Part shown: piece by piece, positions 37,930 through 51,110 of the stretch | Layout of the letters: the number at the start of each line of letters is the position of its first letter | Numbering within the stretch: position 1 is the stretch's first letter | From: Vicugna vicugna | Taxonomy: Eukaryota | Assembly (NCBI GenBank): GCA_013265495.1 | Contig: MU057701.1 | Coordinates: 1,054,001-1,118,000 of the forward strand | Reading direction: 5' to 3' | DNA: 64,000 nucleotides | Program-made: the position numbers and the translations under genes | Notes under the pieces: model-generated | Told to the model about the DNA's origin: nothing | The model's database searches: none | The model's input: only the letters and a program-made list of their open reading frames with translations

Positions 37930-39830
37930 TTATTAATTCAGCCGGTATTTACTAAGTGTCCTTCAAATGCGTGGCACAGTGTGTGCTTAGTGCTAGAGGT
38001 AGAAAGAAATGAAACAGACATGATTTATGCTGGATGGCGTTTAGGACCTTCATAGTTATAAGCACCATTCTAAGAAATTATAATAAAGTGTGTTGGCTGC
38101 CCGTGATAAGTATGGGCTTCTGTGAAAATACTAGTGTGCAGAAGATGAGAGAAACATGCTCTAAAAAGTTTCCTTCTTGTTTGAGACCTAAAAGATGAGT
38201 AGGTGAAGAAGCCTGGGAGAAATGTTTTAGGCAGAGGGAATGGCACCTAAAGGCTGTAGGTGAGAGATGGAGTATTCGTGAGAAAGTGAAGGTTCCCTGT
38301 GGCTGGATCTTGGACTTGGATACTTGGAGGGGAAGAAGTGGTGCTGGAAGATGAGGTCAGAGAGGTAAGCAGAAGCTAGGGCTTGAAGGGCTTATAAACC
38401 AAATAGATTTTGGGCTTGAAGACCTTGACAGTGTTCTGAGGATAGACGTCAGCAGAGGAGACAAGAGAGACAGGGTCCCACAGAAAGTGTTAGGTGTTAG
38501 GTATGTGATCCAGAGCACAGGTGGAAGGATAGTTTTGAGGAATGTTTTAAGGATGTTTTGTAATGTTATTAGGAGAGGAAGTGGATGGAAGGACCTACAT
38601 CATATTTTTAGAAAGGTCACTTTAGATCCAGTGTGGAGAACTGATTGGAGGAAGTTGAGGCTTAAGACAGGACTGATTGCAAGAATGTTGTAATGACCTA
38701 GATAGCAGTTGATGGTGGCTTGAACTAGGGTGGTGACACTGGTAATAGAATTGGACAGATGAACAATATTTCAGAGGCAGAGTTGATTAGAATTGATAAT
38801 TGCCAGGAAGTGGGGTGGGGGAGGTATAGTGAAAGTTGCTACAGAGGTTTCTGACTGGAGCAATGTAGTGGAAAGCAGGGATATTTACTGAAATAAAGTA
38901 AACTGGAGAAGCAGTTTTGGGGGAGGGGGAGGTGGTGATTTTAATTTGAGGGCATAGTTAGTGTGCTTGTGTGAACCTGGAGTTCAGGAGAGAGCGAGGG
39001 TTGGGTTTATAAGTTTCGGTGTCATCAAAATGATAAAGACCAGGGAAAATGTATAGAAAAGTGGCTCTTCAAATTTATTTTTCCGGAGGGAGGAGTTTTG
39101 TCAATCTGTTCAACTGTGAACTCTCCCCAGAAAGAAACACATACAGTTTAACAGTTTACATATTAATTCCAAGGTTTACAGGATTGGCATCTGTGCCCCT
39201 CAGGTTATAGAGTAAAACAAGAGGACGTAAGGCGAAACCTTGAAGGACCTGAGCTTTTATGGCTGGAGCATAGGAGAAGATTTAGAATGAGTCTTATTAT
39301 GCCTGTTGTAAAATCAGGTTAAATAGAAACCTAAAAAGAGGAGTTCCAGGAGAGGTAGTAGTCAGTAGTGGCAAATGCCTCTCCGGGGTCAAGTGGATAA
39401 GAAATGAGAAGTGTCCATTGGATGGATTTAGTAATTAGGTCCCCAGGGCTTTGGAGATGCAGTATAGGGGCAGTGGTGAGAGGAAACCAAATTACAGTGG
39501 ATTGAGGCACTAGTGTAGACAGTATTTTAAAGTAGTTTTGTTATGAAGGAAAAGAGGTAAGGTGGTGGCTGGACTGGGGACGCGAAGGCAAGGCTTGAGT
39601 GTGTGTAAATACTGATGAGGCCATTAGTAGAGGAAATGAAGAGAGAAGTTCCTGAGAAAGTGGTGGGTTGGATATAAGATTTCAGAGCATGGGCAGAAGG
39701 ATAGTGTTAGAAGGGAGAGTGGACATTGTGAGTGGAAGGAAGAAAAAATGAGTATCAAAATAGTACGTTTGTAGGTTTAGTGATAAGAAGTTAGAGAACT
39801 TCTCATATTTTCTGCTTCTCTGAAGTAAGA
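37930..39830 (-). mobile_element. Long decayed L2 (with small interruptions)
   Basis: Purine-rich run with gagacctaaaagatgagtagg, ttttagaaaggtcact, gatggtggcttgaactagggtggtg, ccattggatggatttagtaatt. Confidence 0.75.
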
Positions 39831-41218
39831 TGTGAAATTATTTCACTTTCTGGATCATAGGATGATGGTTTAAAATTATGAATACTTCAACAATACTGGA
39901 GATTATAATTTGGATTTATGTATATGTTGTATATATATTGACCCTCAGTATTCTATTCAGTTTATATGATGATAACAGAAGTTTAGGGAGGAGTTCTTCA
40001 AAATCAGGCTTGTGATTTGTTACTCTTAGTTATGGCCCTAGTTTTAATGATTGAGTTTTTATGTTTTCCAGAACAGAACTGTTTCTAACTAAGACAGGGT
40101 TTGAGAGACTTTGACTAATAAATCAGTATCTTGTGCTTACTTAATAATTTTATTCATTTACCAATGGCATCTGTCTTCAAAATGATTTTTATTTGAACTT
40201 TTAAAGTGATTAGTTATATTCAGACTTATTCCCAAGGTTTGTTATAGTAAATTAATTTTTGTAAACTAAACTTCCAATAAGTGTAACTAATTTAAACTGT
40301 GAGTAGAAGTAGATAGAAATTAATGAAACATTATTTTCATAGATATTTTATAAATTAAAGTGTAAATATATGGCAATGGTATTTTCCTTTCACTTGTAAC
40401 AAGTTTGAATCAAAGAAGTTAAGTTTATGATTCTATATAAGCAGTAATTTTAAGAATTGGATTGCAATGTTAATTGACATATAATTCACATACTATAAGA
40501 TTCATCTCTAAAGTGTGCAATTCAGTAGTTTTAATATATTGACTGGATTGTGCATTCATCACCAGGTAGTAATAATTTAATGTACAGTAACCCAGAGAAT
40601 GTGGATTTGGGATATCTTGCTCTACATATTAACTTTTAATTTTTGGAAGATATAGCATATCTCTTGTCATTGAGCTGATGATTTAGGAGGTTATTTATCT
40701 CTCCTGTAAAAATTGCTGTGGAGTTTAGATGGATAGTAACTAACAGAAGGTTATTCTTTAAAAATGTCATCTATAAAATAAATATAAAATAAAACTAAAT
40801 TAAAATGTCATCAATAAAACTTTGTCTTACTTATGATCCTCTTCTGTATAGAATTTTCTCCTTAAAAAGTATATATCAATCTCAATTTACATATTTCCTC
40901 CTTAGAACTATTTTTCCTTGCCTCCAAACTACTCTGAGAATAGATAGATCTTGATGAAAGATAGGAATTGGTTCTTTGTTAGAATACTAGATTTATAAAC
41001 ATTTTTATCCTTGGCTATTATTGGTGATCATTGTTGCAGCCACTAGTTCAGCTGTCTTTTGCTAGTCTTTAATCAAAAGTTGTGATCATATGTCATGCCT
41101 TGCTGTAGTTAGTATTTATTATTCACTGGTGTTTTCAGTGTTTTAAAATGAAACTTTGACAGTGCAGTCTCACCATTTTATTTTAATTCTTCCCATGTAT
41201 TTTTTGTTTCCTTTACAG

Positions 41219-41257
41219 TACTCTGTGCAAAAAACTTGGTGAAAAAGGATTTTTTCC
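41219..41257 (+). CDS. SMURF2: SMURF2 exon 2 (39 nt, phase 1-1): (V)LCAKNLVKKDFF(R), C2 domain, includes F29/F30
   Basis: cag|TA CTC TGT GCA AAA AAC TTG GTG AAA AAG GAT TTT TTC C|gtaagt; peptide matches recalled SMURF2 residues 18-31. Confidence 0.97.
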
Positions 41258-44200
41258 GTAAGTAAATGAACTTTAAATCTTGTATATTGTGTGTAGATTT
41301 TTTATTTTTGGATGGCATTTTCAGAATTGTCTGGTTTAGGGATTTCTCTGCTCAGAAGTATACTCAGTGTTGTTTTATGAATGCTTTGATCAGAGTCTTT
41401 TGGCATCACATTTTTAAAAGAGGATTTTGTCCTCTTTTAGCCTTAGCCCCTTTCCCTTTATCCCTTCCTCCCACATCTGTGTGTGAAATGCATGTGTGCA
41501 ACTATGTATATGCAGATGTGTGTAATATATATCAAAGGTGTGCATATTACTAGATTTCTAGAAAAGGTTTGAGGTTAATTGTTAACACTTTTTTCCCTTA
41601 ACATTTTATAGGAAATTTTACTCATGTGTTTAGGATTCATTGGAAGGTAGAGAAGTTATTCAGCCTGCTTGGAATTTCTAGAGTGTAGGAAAGAAATCTG
41701 CCACATTTGATTGTAGAAGTTCTTGTCTTAGACTCCAAAACAGACATTTAGTTTGCATATTTGCAGTTTCTTTGCCAGTTTGTTGTGAAATTTTTTGTGA
41801 CTTTATTTAGGCTTAAGTTTTGGGAGGGAGGATTGGGAAGTACCCTTCATGTGTGTTTAAAATCTCTACTCTATAATATTATACTCTGTATTAGCTTTAA
41901 ATTATTGAGTAAAAATGATACATATTTTTTAGTAAAAAAGTCTAAGCCAACAGAATTTGATATGGAAAATATTTGAAGTTAGAAATAGAGAAAATCCATT
42001 AGATTTTCAAATTCAGGTCCTACCAGCCAACAAAAACTAGCTGTCAGTGCTAATTTAATAGGACATACATTAATTTTCAAGGATTTAATCAAACGCTATA
42101 AGCTCTTGATATGTTTTAAAATCATACTTAATTCATTCCACTGGAAATTTTATTTCTTCCAGTCTTTCTAGGGTAGAACCTAAATTAAAGTTTATAAAAT
42201 AATAAACTATGTAATTAAAAAAATATGAGTATCTGTGCTTATATGGGGAAGCAATTAAATAGAGTAATTTGGGACATAGTAAGAAGGACATTAAAAGCAG
42301 TCTCCAGTTTATGTACCATGTGCCCTCCATCCCACAGATGTCACTGTAGGAGAGGCCAGTGACATCTCTCCTTGCTGCCACCAGTTAATGCAGTTTTCAC
42401 AGGCTGCTGCTGAACTACCCCTCTCATCCCTGTTGCTAATAATCTAATAGCCAGTGTATATTCCTTTTACCCTTCTTAAGGTTAATTTGGGGTACGATTT
42501 ATCCTAGTGGGGCTGCAGAGTGGCCAGTAGGATTGGATGGGCAGGTGACAAGGAGAAAAGTGAGGAATACCCCCAAGACATGTGCTCTGGTTTTAAAGAC
42601 AAAATCTTCAGTTTTGTCTCCTAGCCTTCCTTCCCAAATTCTTTCCCATCGTCTAGAGTCCCATGGCACAGCTTCTCCAATAAAATATCCAGATACCCTT
42701 GTCTGTTTTCCTAGGGAATCTGGTGGAATCTTCCTTTACTTTAATTCTTTGTAAATCCCTGAGAGCTGATTTATTATCAATTATATGATCTTTATGTGTC
42801 ATTAAGTTGTATGTAAAAAAAAAAAAAGAAGGAAACAAAGAAACCTTCCCCATTTTTATTGATGTAAGCAGTAAAAATAGATTGAAATTCTTGAACTGTG
42901 AACTTGCTTCAGGGATAAGAAGACTAGAGGAAACTATGTGATTATCTTTAAAGCGCAGTATGGAAAAAACACTTGATGGCCCTGAAAGGAAAACGGGAAA
43001 GCTAATCCTCAGGCCTTCCGAAGGGACTGAGCCAGGGATGGATGATTATCTCCCAGGTCACACTGGTGAAGGTCCCCTTGCTGTGGTAGATTTACACTTT
43101 TCAAAAATCTGTAAGTTGAGGGTTGCCCACATTAATTTTAGAGAAAGAGTTAAATAATAGTTCCTAAATCTCTTAGTTAAATTTGAGAGTGTGTTTATTG
43201 ATCAGAATGCAATTATCATCAATACTGAAATATAGTTGTTTTTGCTTGTAATTCAATATAAGTTGTGTTGAATGAGAAAAGTAGATTTTTAATATGAAGC
43301 ACGACTATAGGCTGATAATATGCATATTTAGCTATAAGAAAAAAATGCCCTGCCATGAGTTGTCTTCTGTAGAATAATGTGTAGAATTGTAGATAATACT
43401 ATCTATTCCAGGGTATCTACCCTTGCTGATAAGAGTTTTACTAACTCATTTTTTGGAACTATTTTTAAGCTTACTGGCTTTTAAAATAAGTTAGCTCCTC
43501 ATTCCCCTGAAATTTTAGCAGGAAAAATTTCAAACATATGGGAACATACAAAAATTTTATAGTGAATACCCATGATCTAGATTCTACTGTTAACTTTATC
43601 ACATATCTGTCCATTACCTGTATTTTTAAAATAATGTTTTTATTAGTATCAAATTTTTTCTATCTTTTATGCAACATTTAAATAAAAGCTTCGTGTGTAA
43701 GATAACTTTGTTGAGGTGTTGTATAGGGACCAAATTGAAGTCTCTGAGATCCAACATGGTTGGTCGAATATTATTTTCTCCTAATCAGAAATAAAGCTTT
43801 ATTATCTCTGATAAGTAATTCACTTTTAAGTTGAAATTTTTGTTTTCCTATTTGCAGCTCAGTACGTGCATTAGTGTAGTGAGGAAGTTTCTGAGTTTTA
43901 GCTATTCTCTATGACTCAGCAGTGTTGGGGAGAATTGAGAAATTTTTTAAAATACAGAAAATACTTCAGCCACTTTATATTCACCACTAGAGGTCTCAAT
44001 AACTTCTGAAAACTTGATAGCTTCTGACAACACAAGAGTAACTTGGCTTTCAAGTTAAATTCTTGTAGAATACTGTGATCAGGTAGGTTGAAACCTAGGT
44101 ATTTTTTTGTTAGGGTATAGGACTTGTGTTTTGTATTATTTACAGAAAAGAAACATGGGAGGGTGGGACTCAGACTTTAATACTTAAATAAGGAATCTGG

Positions 44201-44537
44201 AGGCTACTCTTATTAGTGTTTTTGTGTGGAAAAAGTTGTTTTTCTCAGTCCTGATTCTTTAACTAGTTAAATAACATCTAAAAGGAAAGTTAGAAATGTG
44301 ATTTTTTTGTGTTTGTTTTTGCATTGCAAGCACATATTTATATTTATTTGCTTAAATAGTAGAATCAAAATAACAGAATAAAATGAATTCCAAGAAAAAA
44401 TACTTAATTTTATTGAAGGTAGAGGGGAAAAATATTCTTCTGTTAAACACGTTTATAGATGGTTAGGTATTATTGAAATACTAATATGAATAACACTAAA
44501 CTTCAAGAACAGTGTAATTAAATAGGGTGATACTCTT

Positions 44538-44603
44538 TAACTTACCAAGTGTTTTCTTAGCACTTAACCCTAACTTACCAAGTTTTTTCTTAACACTTGA
44601 CAC
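44538..44603. repeat. 33-bp tandem duplication
   Basis: taacttaccaagtgttttcttagcacttaaccc followed by taacttaccaagttttttcttaacacttgacac. Confidence 0.9.
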
Positions 44604-45361
44604 TTAACTATTGGTCTTCTCTTATCTGTTTGAAGTTGACAAATCTCAGACTCATGGAGTTGGGGAACTAGCTAGATGAATTCTGTCTGACCTTGAGTCC
44701 TGGCAAATTAGTATCTTGACTTTAAAAAAATTAGCATAGATATCAAGGTGCAAAGTTTCTCCAGTTGTCAACACTTACCAATATTTCATTTTAGTATTTT
44801 CAGCTGTCCATAGGAAGTCTGCACTATCCCAGTATGTATAACATCTAAATTGTCATTTTGGTCTCTTCAACATTTTATTTAGTTCTACCTTCTCCTGACT
44901 TTTAAAATTCTACTCATCCTGTTCTTTGTCGTACTGTATGACACTTAACTACAGCTTCTCTGTGCCTTTAATCTTTCCTTCTTCCAGTTTACTCTGAATA
45001 CCACTAATAGAGAAATATGACAGTGTATTTATTTACAGCCATGCTTGAGAATCTAAAATGGCTCCCTGTTCTCTACCTCAGTCATTCCAAGCCTTTTAAG
45101 CCTCTCTTAGATCAGTCTTACCTCTCCAGTAGTATGAACTTTTACACTTAGTACAAACGCTTTTATTAGACTCCTCAAAGCCCTTCAAATATTATCATAT
45201 CCTCCTTGGCACTCTATTTGTCCTTTAAAGCCCAAGTAAGTCCCATCCCCTCAAAAAAAAAAAAAAGCCTTTCTTTACTGTTCAAACGCAAACCTTTCTC
45301 CTGCTTTTTTGAGCTCTTGTACTCCCTGTTGAACCACATAGTAAATGAGAGGTGTAACACA

Positions 45362-45600
45362 CAGCGTAGTGGTTAAGAGCATTAAATCAGGCACCAGAAT
45401 CTGTGTGCATGTGTTTACAATCTAAACTTTAGACCCGGGCTCTCCCACTTACTACCGTGTGACACAGGCTAGTTAATTAACCACTTTGTGCTTCACTGTC
45501 CTCATCAGTAAAACAGAGATAGTAGTAGTATTTACCCCATGGTGAGGATTAAGAGATTTAATATATGTAAAGCATTTAGAATAGTGCCTGACACAGTATT
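45362..45600. mobile_element. MIR SINE
   Basis: cagcgtagtggttaagagc...cacttactaccgtgtgac...tgtaaagcatttagaatagtgcctgacacag. Confidence 0.8.
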
Positions 45601-46253
45601 GTAAGGGTTTTCTTTATAATCAGTACAGTGAAAAACCTGTTTATTCTCAGATTTGTTTTTTGGTTTTGGTTTTGTTTTGTTTGTTTATTTGTAATGTATG
45701 GCATTTTAATTTCCCCAGTTAGATAGTAAGCTCTTTTAAGATAGGATATTAAATCTTTTTTTTTCAATTTCTAGTCACTCATGGTAGTTATTCAGTAAAA
45801 CTTTTTGGCTAATTTAATTTCTGTGTAGCCTGTGTTGCTATGTGAAAACCTTTAATAAGCTCTTTCTTTCAATGAGCTACTAACGGAGACCTTGGGAGAA
45901 CGCTAGGAGAGCCAGGAATGTTTTAAGGACTCAGCTTTCTGGGGTCAAAGGGCTGGCAAAGATCTATGAAAACGTCTGCATTATGAGGTAACCTCTGGAC
46001 TTTGGTAGTTTAAGGTGAGAATGTATTGAGACATGAGCAAGAGAAAATGTAGTTTTTGGTATTTAATGTAGAATTAACTTTAATCTTAGTTTTAAAATGG
46101 ACCACTTTTGATTTATAGCTTAATATTAAGCTTTTTATAAAGAATGGAATAACCTTTGTTTTGTAGCAAATAGTAATCTTTATATAAATAATCTTCCATC
46201 TTCCATGTCAAAATATAATTTAATTTTAAAAAACCTTCCCTCTTTTTTCACAG

Positions 46254-46362
46254 GACTTCCTGATCCATTTGCTAAGGTGGTGGTTGATGGATCTGGGCAA
46301 TGCCATTCTACAGATACTGTGAAGAATACACTTGATCCAAAGTGGAATCAGCATTATGACCT
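46254..46362 (+). CDS. SMURF2: SMURF2 exon 3 (109 nt): LPDPFAKVVVDGSGQCHSTDTVKNTLDPKWNQHYD(L), C2 domain
   Basis: tcttttttcacag|GA CTT CCT GAT...TAT GAC CT|gtacgt; phase joins exon 2 (C|GA = Arg). Confidence 0.98.
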
Positions 46363-46979
46363 GTACGTTTAAAAAGTTAATTTGGAATGAAACGTAGAAT
46401 CAATATCATTTGATACAGTCTTTGAAAACAATCCCTGAAAATGATCTGAGTTTGATCTGTGGTGTAATTTGGTCCTCACAGAGGGATACAAAATCTAGTG
46501 TGAAGGTGCTTTGGCTTATTGATAGCTAACTTTGGAAGATGAGGTCTCCTTAATAATCCTATGAAGAACAAAATATATACACAGTTTAGAGCAATCTTGC
46601 TCCCCCCTACCTTTTTTCTAGTCAAATACAGGTATTCACTTTAGGTCAGTTGTAGGTATAAATTCAGGAATCATAGTTGGAGTACACTTATAGGCATTCA
46701 TTTTACTTCTTATATGGATGGTTTCTTCTAAATTTATTTTGATCATAGTGATATATGTACCTTCTTACTTTGTGAAAAGGCAAATGTTACTGTAAGGCTT
46801 TTAATGGGAAAATGCAGTTCTCCGCCCCATTCGTATTCCTGACTCACATTTTCACAGTAACTGCTTTCAGTAACTTTGGTTCTTTGTTCTAGTATTTTCT
46901 CGTTTCTAGATATCATACTTATTTTATAGCATCTTAATATAAATATATAATTATTTAGTTTTAGGTATTATTTTAAAGT

Positions 46980-48600
46980 TTCTTACCATAGAAGGTGATT
47001 TAGCTTTTACAACTGATGTATCTCATTCCACTCCGATAACACCCACGTGGCCCTTCCCTTTTCCCGGTCTTCCTGTATAGTTATTTCATAGTTCTTTGTT
47101 ATTATGCTCAACAGAGTATTCATAGTTGAGTCACATGGTGTGCAGTGATTACACTTTCTTTCTTGGTAACTTTTGTTTTTATGAAGTTAATAACTATCTT
47201 ACTTTGCCATTTGTTTAGTTTTCCATCTGTTTCATTAATTAATTCACAAACTCTCCTACAGGATGAACATCTCCTCTGCATGTGTTCACTACATGAGATA
47301 TTCTATTGGCTTTGTTTTCTTCTTGGAGATACTCCTCCTAGAGCCTCTGTCCTTTTGCTCTGTCTGGACTGGTGATTGACCTCCTGCACAGTTGTCCTGG
47401 AACTTGTCTTTATCATTATGTTGGGAATTTCCTTCCTTCTAGGTCCAATGACTTCCTTTTTTTTTTGTTTGCTTCCCTGTTTTGGTAAAGCCTGTCTTTT
47501 GTTGTTACCTTGAGAAAGAGTACAAAGATGGGGAAAATTTCTTAGATCTTGTCTAGAAATAGGGTTTGTCTTGTAATTTGATTGATAATTTGAGTATAGA
47601 CTTCTAGGTGAAACTTCAGATTTTAAATACATTGTTCCACTGTTTCTAGATCTAAGTCAGCACTGCTGAATAGGAATACAATGTGAGCCGCAAGTGAGGA
47701 GCTCATCTGTAATTTTAAATTTTCTATTAGCCACAGTAAAAAAAAAAGAAAGTAAAAAGAAACAGATGAAATTTGCCTAATAATATATTTTGTTTAATCC
47801 AGTATATCTAAAATATTTTCATTTCAACATGATATCAATATAAAATAATCAAGTTATTTATTTGTTTACTTTAAACCAAGTCTTTGGAATCAGGGGTTTG
47901 TTTTGCACTTACAGAGCACCTCATTTTGAACTAGGTACATTTCAAGTACTCAGTAGCCCCGTTTGCCTGGTGGCTACCACTTTGGACAGTGCAAGTTTAG
48001 AGTATTACTCATGACATCCTGATTTTGGTCCTTCATGATTATTGTTTTCTACTGGAAGATTTCAGGGTATTCTCTTTATGCCTGATGTTAAATGTTTTGC
48101 TCATGGACTTAGTATATCTGATATGTAGTGCTAGATACTAAGTGGGACTTTTTAATCTGGATACTTGAATAGAAAAGTTTCCCATTACTAAAGAGTTTAT
48201 CTAATCATTTGTAGATGGTTTGCTCCACTCCATTTTATTTCTTCTTTTTCTTTTCTTGGAACTCCTGTTATTTGGGTGTTATCCCTCCTGAATTGATCAT
48301 CATTTAGTTGTCCTATCTTTTTTCTACCATATTTTATCTTAGTTTTTTTTTTTTAAAGTTTTAATAAGCAATTTTTTATTTTAGTAAAAACTTTAAAACT
48401 ATGATGAAATAAATATTTAGGCTGTTTCCTCAACTTTATCTTCTAGCATTCCTATTTATTGTACTTTCAGCTCTCAGATTTTTATTTTTTAATATCATTT
48501 TGCTTTCTGATTACCCCTTTTTCATAACTTCCTCTTATTTCTTGGATGCAATATCATCCTTGATGAGAGAAGTGAGTATTATAATTGTAGATTTTTTCTG
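46980..48600 (-). mobile_element. Old L1ME/HAL1-type remnant hosting a MITE
   Basis: gataatttgagtatagacttctagg...attgttccactgtttctag and ttcttggaactcctgttattt...ctcctgaattgatc. Confidence 0.5.
47658..47994. mobile_element. MER33/MER3-type hAT-Charlie MITE
   Basis: gcactgctgaatagga...aatgtgagcc...taattttaaattttctattagccac...catttcaagtactcagtagcc...gtggctaccactttggacagtgc. Confidence 0.85.
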
Positions 48601-48627
48601 TTGTATTGCCTCTCTTTTCTTGGGTTT

Positions 48628-48628
<1 letters not shown>

Positions 48629-48666
<38 letters not shown>

Positions 48667-48700
48667 TGTTTCTTTTTTTTTTTTTTTTTTTTCTCTTTTT
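48629..48700. repeat. Long interrupted poly(T) tract
   Basis: Directly visible; produces the poly-Phe ORF 48500..48736. Confidence 0.95.
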
Positions 48701-50169
48701 TCCCTGTTGGTTTGGTTTGGGTTCCTGTCTTTTTGATTTAAGGGGAGGCGCTTAAATGTTGATTGGAAACTCTGTACCCATAGGTAGAGCTGGTCAGCTT
48801 GCTAGGGTAATCAGGAATAACTGACATTTTCATTGCACAGAATTCTCTCCTTGGGGTTATGCTCTTGGATGCTAGAGTTCTAGGATCTCAACAATGTAAG
48901 GGTGGTAGGATGTCTCTCCACTCACTATATTAACTTCTTAATATCCTATTTTTATTATGGAATTCACCTCCTCACTCAGCTGTGCCTAGTGTCCCTGAGT
49001 AGAGAACTTTTTGGAGACTAAACCTGTGGTCTCCTGCCAGGGTTGAGGATGAGCCGGGTTGAGGATGGGATTCAAGTCTTTCCATTCTGTTTATTTTATT
49101 TTTTAAATCGCAGCATAGTGAGTTACACTTTTCATTCTTTTTAAACACTTTCACCAGTCCTTCTGCTTCATCCTCCTCATCACCATCAGAGAATACTGGG
49201 CTTACACTTTGAGAATATTTCAGGGGTTTGGTGGCAGTGGTAGTCTTGTTCCTTGTCTGTTGCTCCTTACAGACTTAGGTTTCAGTTTTCTCCAGGTTGC
49301 TAATTCAGTTATCCCATACTCTCTAAACTTCTACCATTTTGCCAACATGTGTTGTGAAATAAACATGTTAATTGTCCTGATATCCTGACTTTCCACGTTT
49401 TTAGCCTTTTAAGCTTCCTAGTCATTCTACTTCACACTTCATCAACCCCAGCTTTTCTTCTGAATGTTCCACTTGGCTTTACCTATAAAAACTCATCTTA
49501 GATCTCCCATCAAAATCTCCATGCCTGACATCTCACTACTTCTAGACCATTATTAGCTCTAAAAAACCCCTCGGGGACCCAGCTCAGCCTGATCTCTGGT
49601 CGTTTATTTGAATTTGACCTTCCAAACCACATGTAAACAAATGTTTTGTCTCTACAGCAATATAATGATACCTGGAGACAACCAAGAATCATGCTGTTGT
49701 ATATACCTCTCAGTGCTATGGCTCAGTAGCTCCAAGTTCACCTAATAAGCAAATAAGTAGAAACTAAAAAAGCAGACAGTAGAGAGAAGTGAGACTTTAT
49801 GGCTTCCCACCTCTGTCACTTACTGTGCAATCATCAGCTTGTTATCTAGCCCCTTGTGCATCAGTTTCCATTAATAACAACATCAGTAATAATGCCTACT
49901 TTAGAAGACTGATATCAAGATTAAGTGAGATAATACATGTAAAGTGCTTAGACTGGTACCTGGCATGTAATTCTCAAATATTAGATGCTTTTAGTAAATA
50001 TATTATTTTAGATCACAAATATTATAACACTTGATTTGACTTTTAGAGATTTTGAAAACACAGCTGCAGTAAGCTGTTATCTGTGTAGCTGACTAACCTG
50101 TTGAGTTCTTAGTCACCTTGTTTTAAGCCATTTCTTTTAGCTTCAGTCAGATCTAAATTCAGCCAGAGA

Positions 50170-51110
50170 TCCAACTACAATGGTGAACAAGACATAGTCC
50201 TCCAAGCTTACACCACATGGTGTATAAAGACAAGTACATAGGAAATTATAAACAGCATAATAAGACTATTGGGGAAGTATAGGGTGCTGTGGAAATATAT
50301 AGAACTTCTTTACATAAATTTAGGAATTGGAGAGAGCTTCCTAGAAAAAGTGGCATTTAGGCTTAGACCTTAAGTAGGAGTAAACTTGAGAAAGGAAAGG
50401 GTGGGAAGACTCTAAGCAAAAGAAGTCTGTGTGAAGACCCAGAGGTGAAAGAGAACATGATTCTGAAAACAGTTTAGAGAGGCAGCATTGGTGAGTTGAC
50501 ATAAGGTTAAGGGGACTGTGGTAAAAGACATGCAAATTAGAGGCAAGCAGGAGCCAGCTCATGAAGGTCCGTACTCTCTTAAAAGCTATGGGAATCAATG
50601 AAAATGAAAGGGTTTTAAGTGGGGGAAATGCTGTTACCAGATTTATATTCAAGAACGGACACTTTCTCTATAATGTAAAGAATGGCTTAGAGTGAGGCAG
50701 GAATGACAAGGAAACTAGTCTCAACACTATGGAGGAAGCCAGCAAATAGAAAATGATGTCTTTATGTTAGAAAAGTAGTATTGTGGTTGGAGAGATGTAG
50801 ACATTCTGATATTTTTAATACGGCCTTAAAACTTAAGAAAAAATGTTTTACCCTTGAAAAAAATGAATTCATACTGTATCCTGTGCTTTGCTGGATTTGT
50901 GGTTTTCCTGACCCTCACCTTAAGAATCCTTGCTTTTCTAGCCTTGCTGCTGCAGTCTTTCTCGACACAGCAGCTAGATTGATCCTGTTAAAACATATTT
51001 CAAATCTTGTTACTCTTCTGTTCCACATCCCCCATTGACTTCCTGTCTTACTTGGAGTAAAAGCCAGAGTTCATACCATAACTGACAAGACCCTTTATGA
51101 TTTGTCCCTT
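50170..51110. mobile_element. L2 fragments in both orientations
   Basis: aatggtgaacaagacatagtcc...gagagcttcctagaaaaagtggcattt; cacagcagctagattgatcctgttaaaacat. Confidence 0.65.

Larger units (their letters stand above)
1..41218 (+). other. SMURF2: SMURF2 intron 1 (3' part; exon 1 and promoter lie upstream of the window)
   Basis: No N-terminal SMURF2 coding sequence or CpG island seen before the exon 2 acceptor (tttttgtttcctttacag, ends 41218); region is repeat-rich. Confidence 0.9.

Noticed and set aside
44538..44603. CRISPR-like or functional array (also 16672-16720, 32724-32768)
   Set aside because: Two-copy head-to-tail duplications without spacers in a mammalian intron; ordinary slippage.
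46363..46370. U12-type intron at the unusual donors gtacgt and gtacga (62919)
   Set aside because: Neither matches the U12 consensus GTATCCTT; they are U2-type donors.
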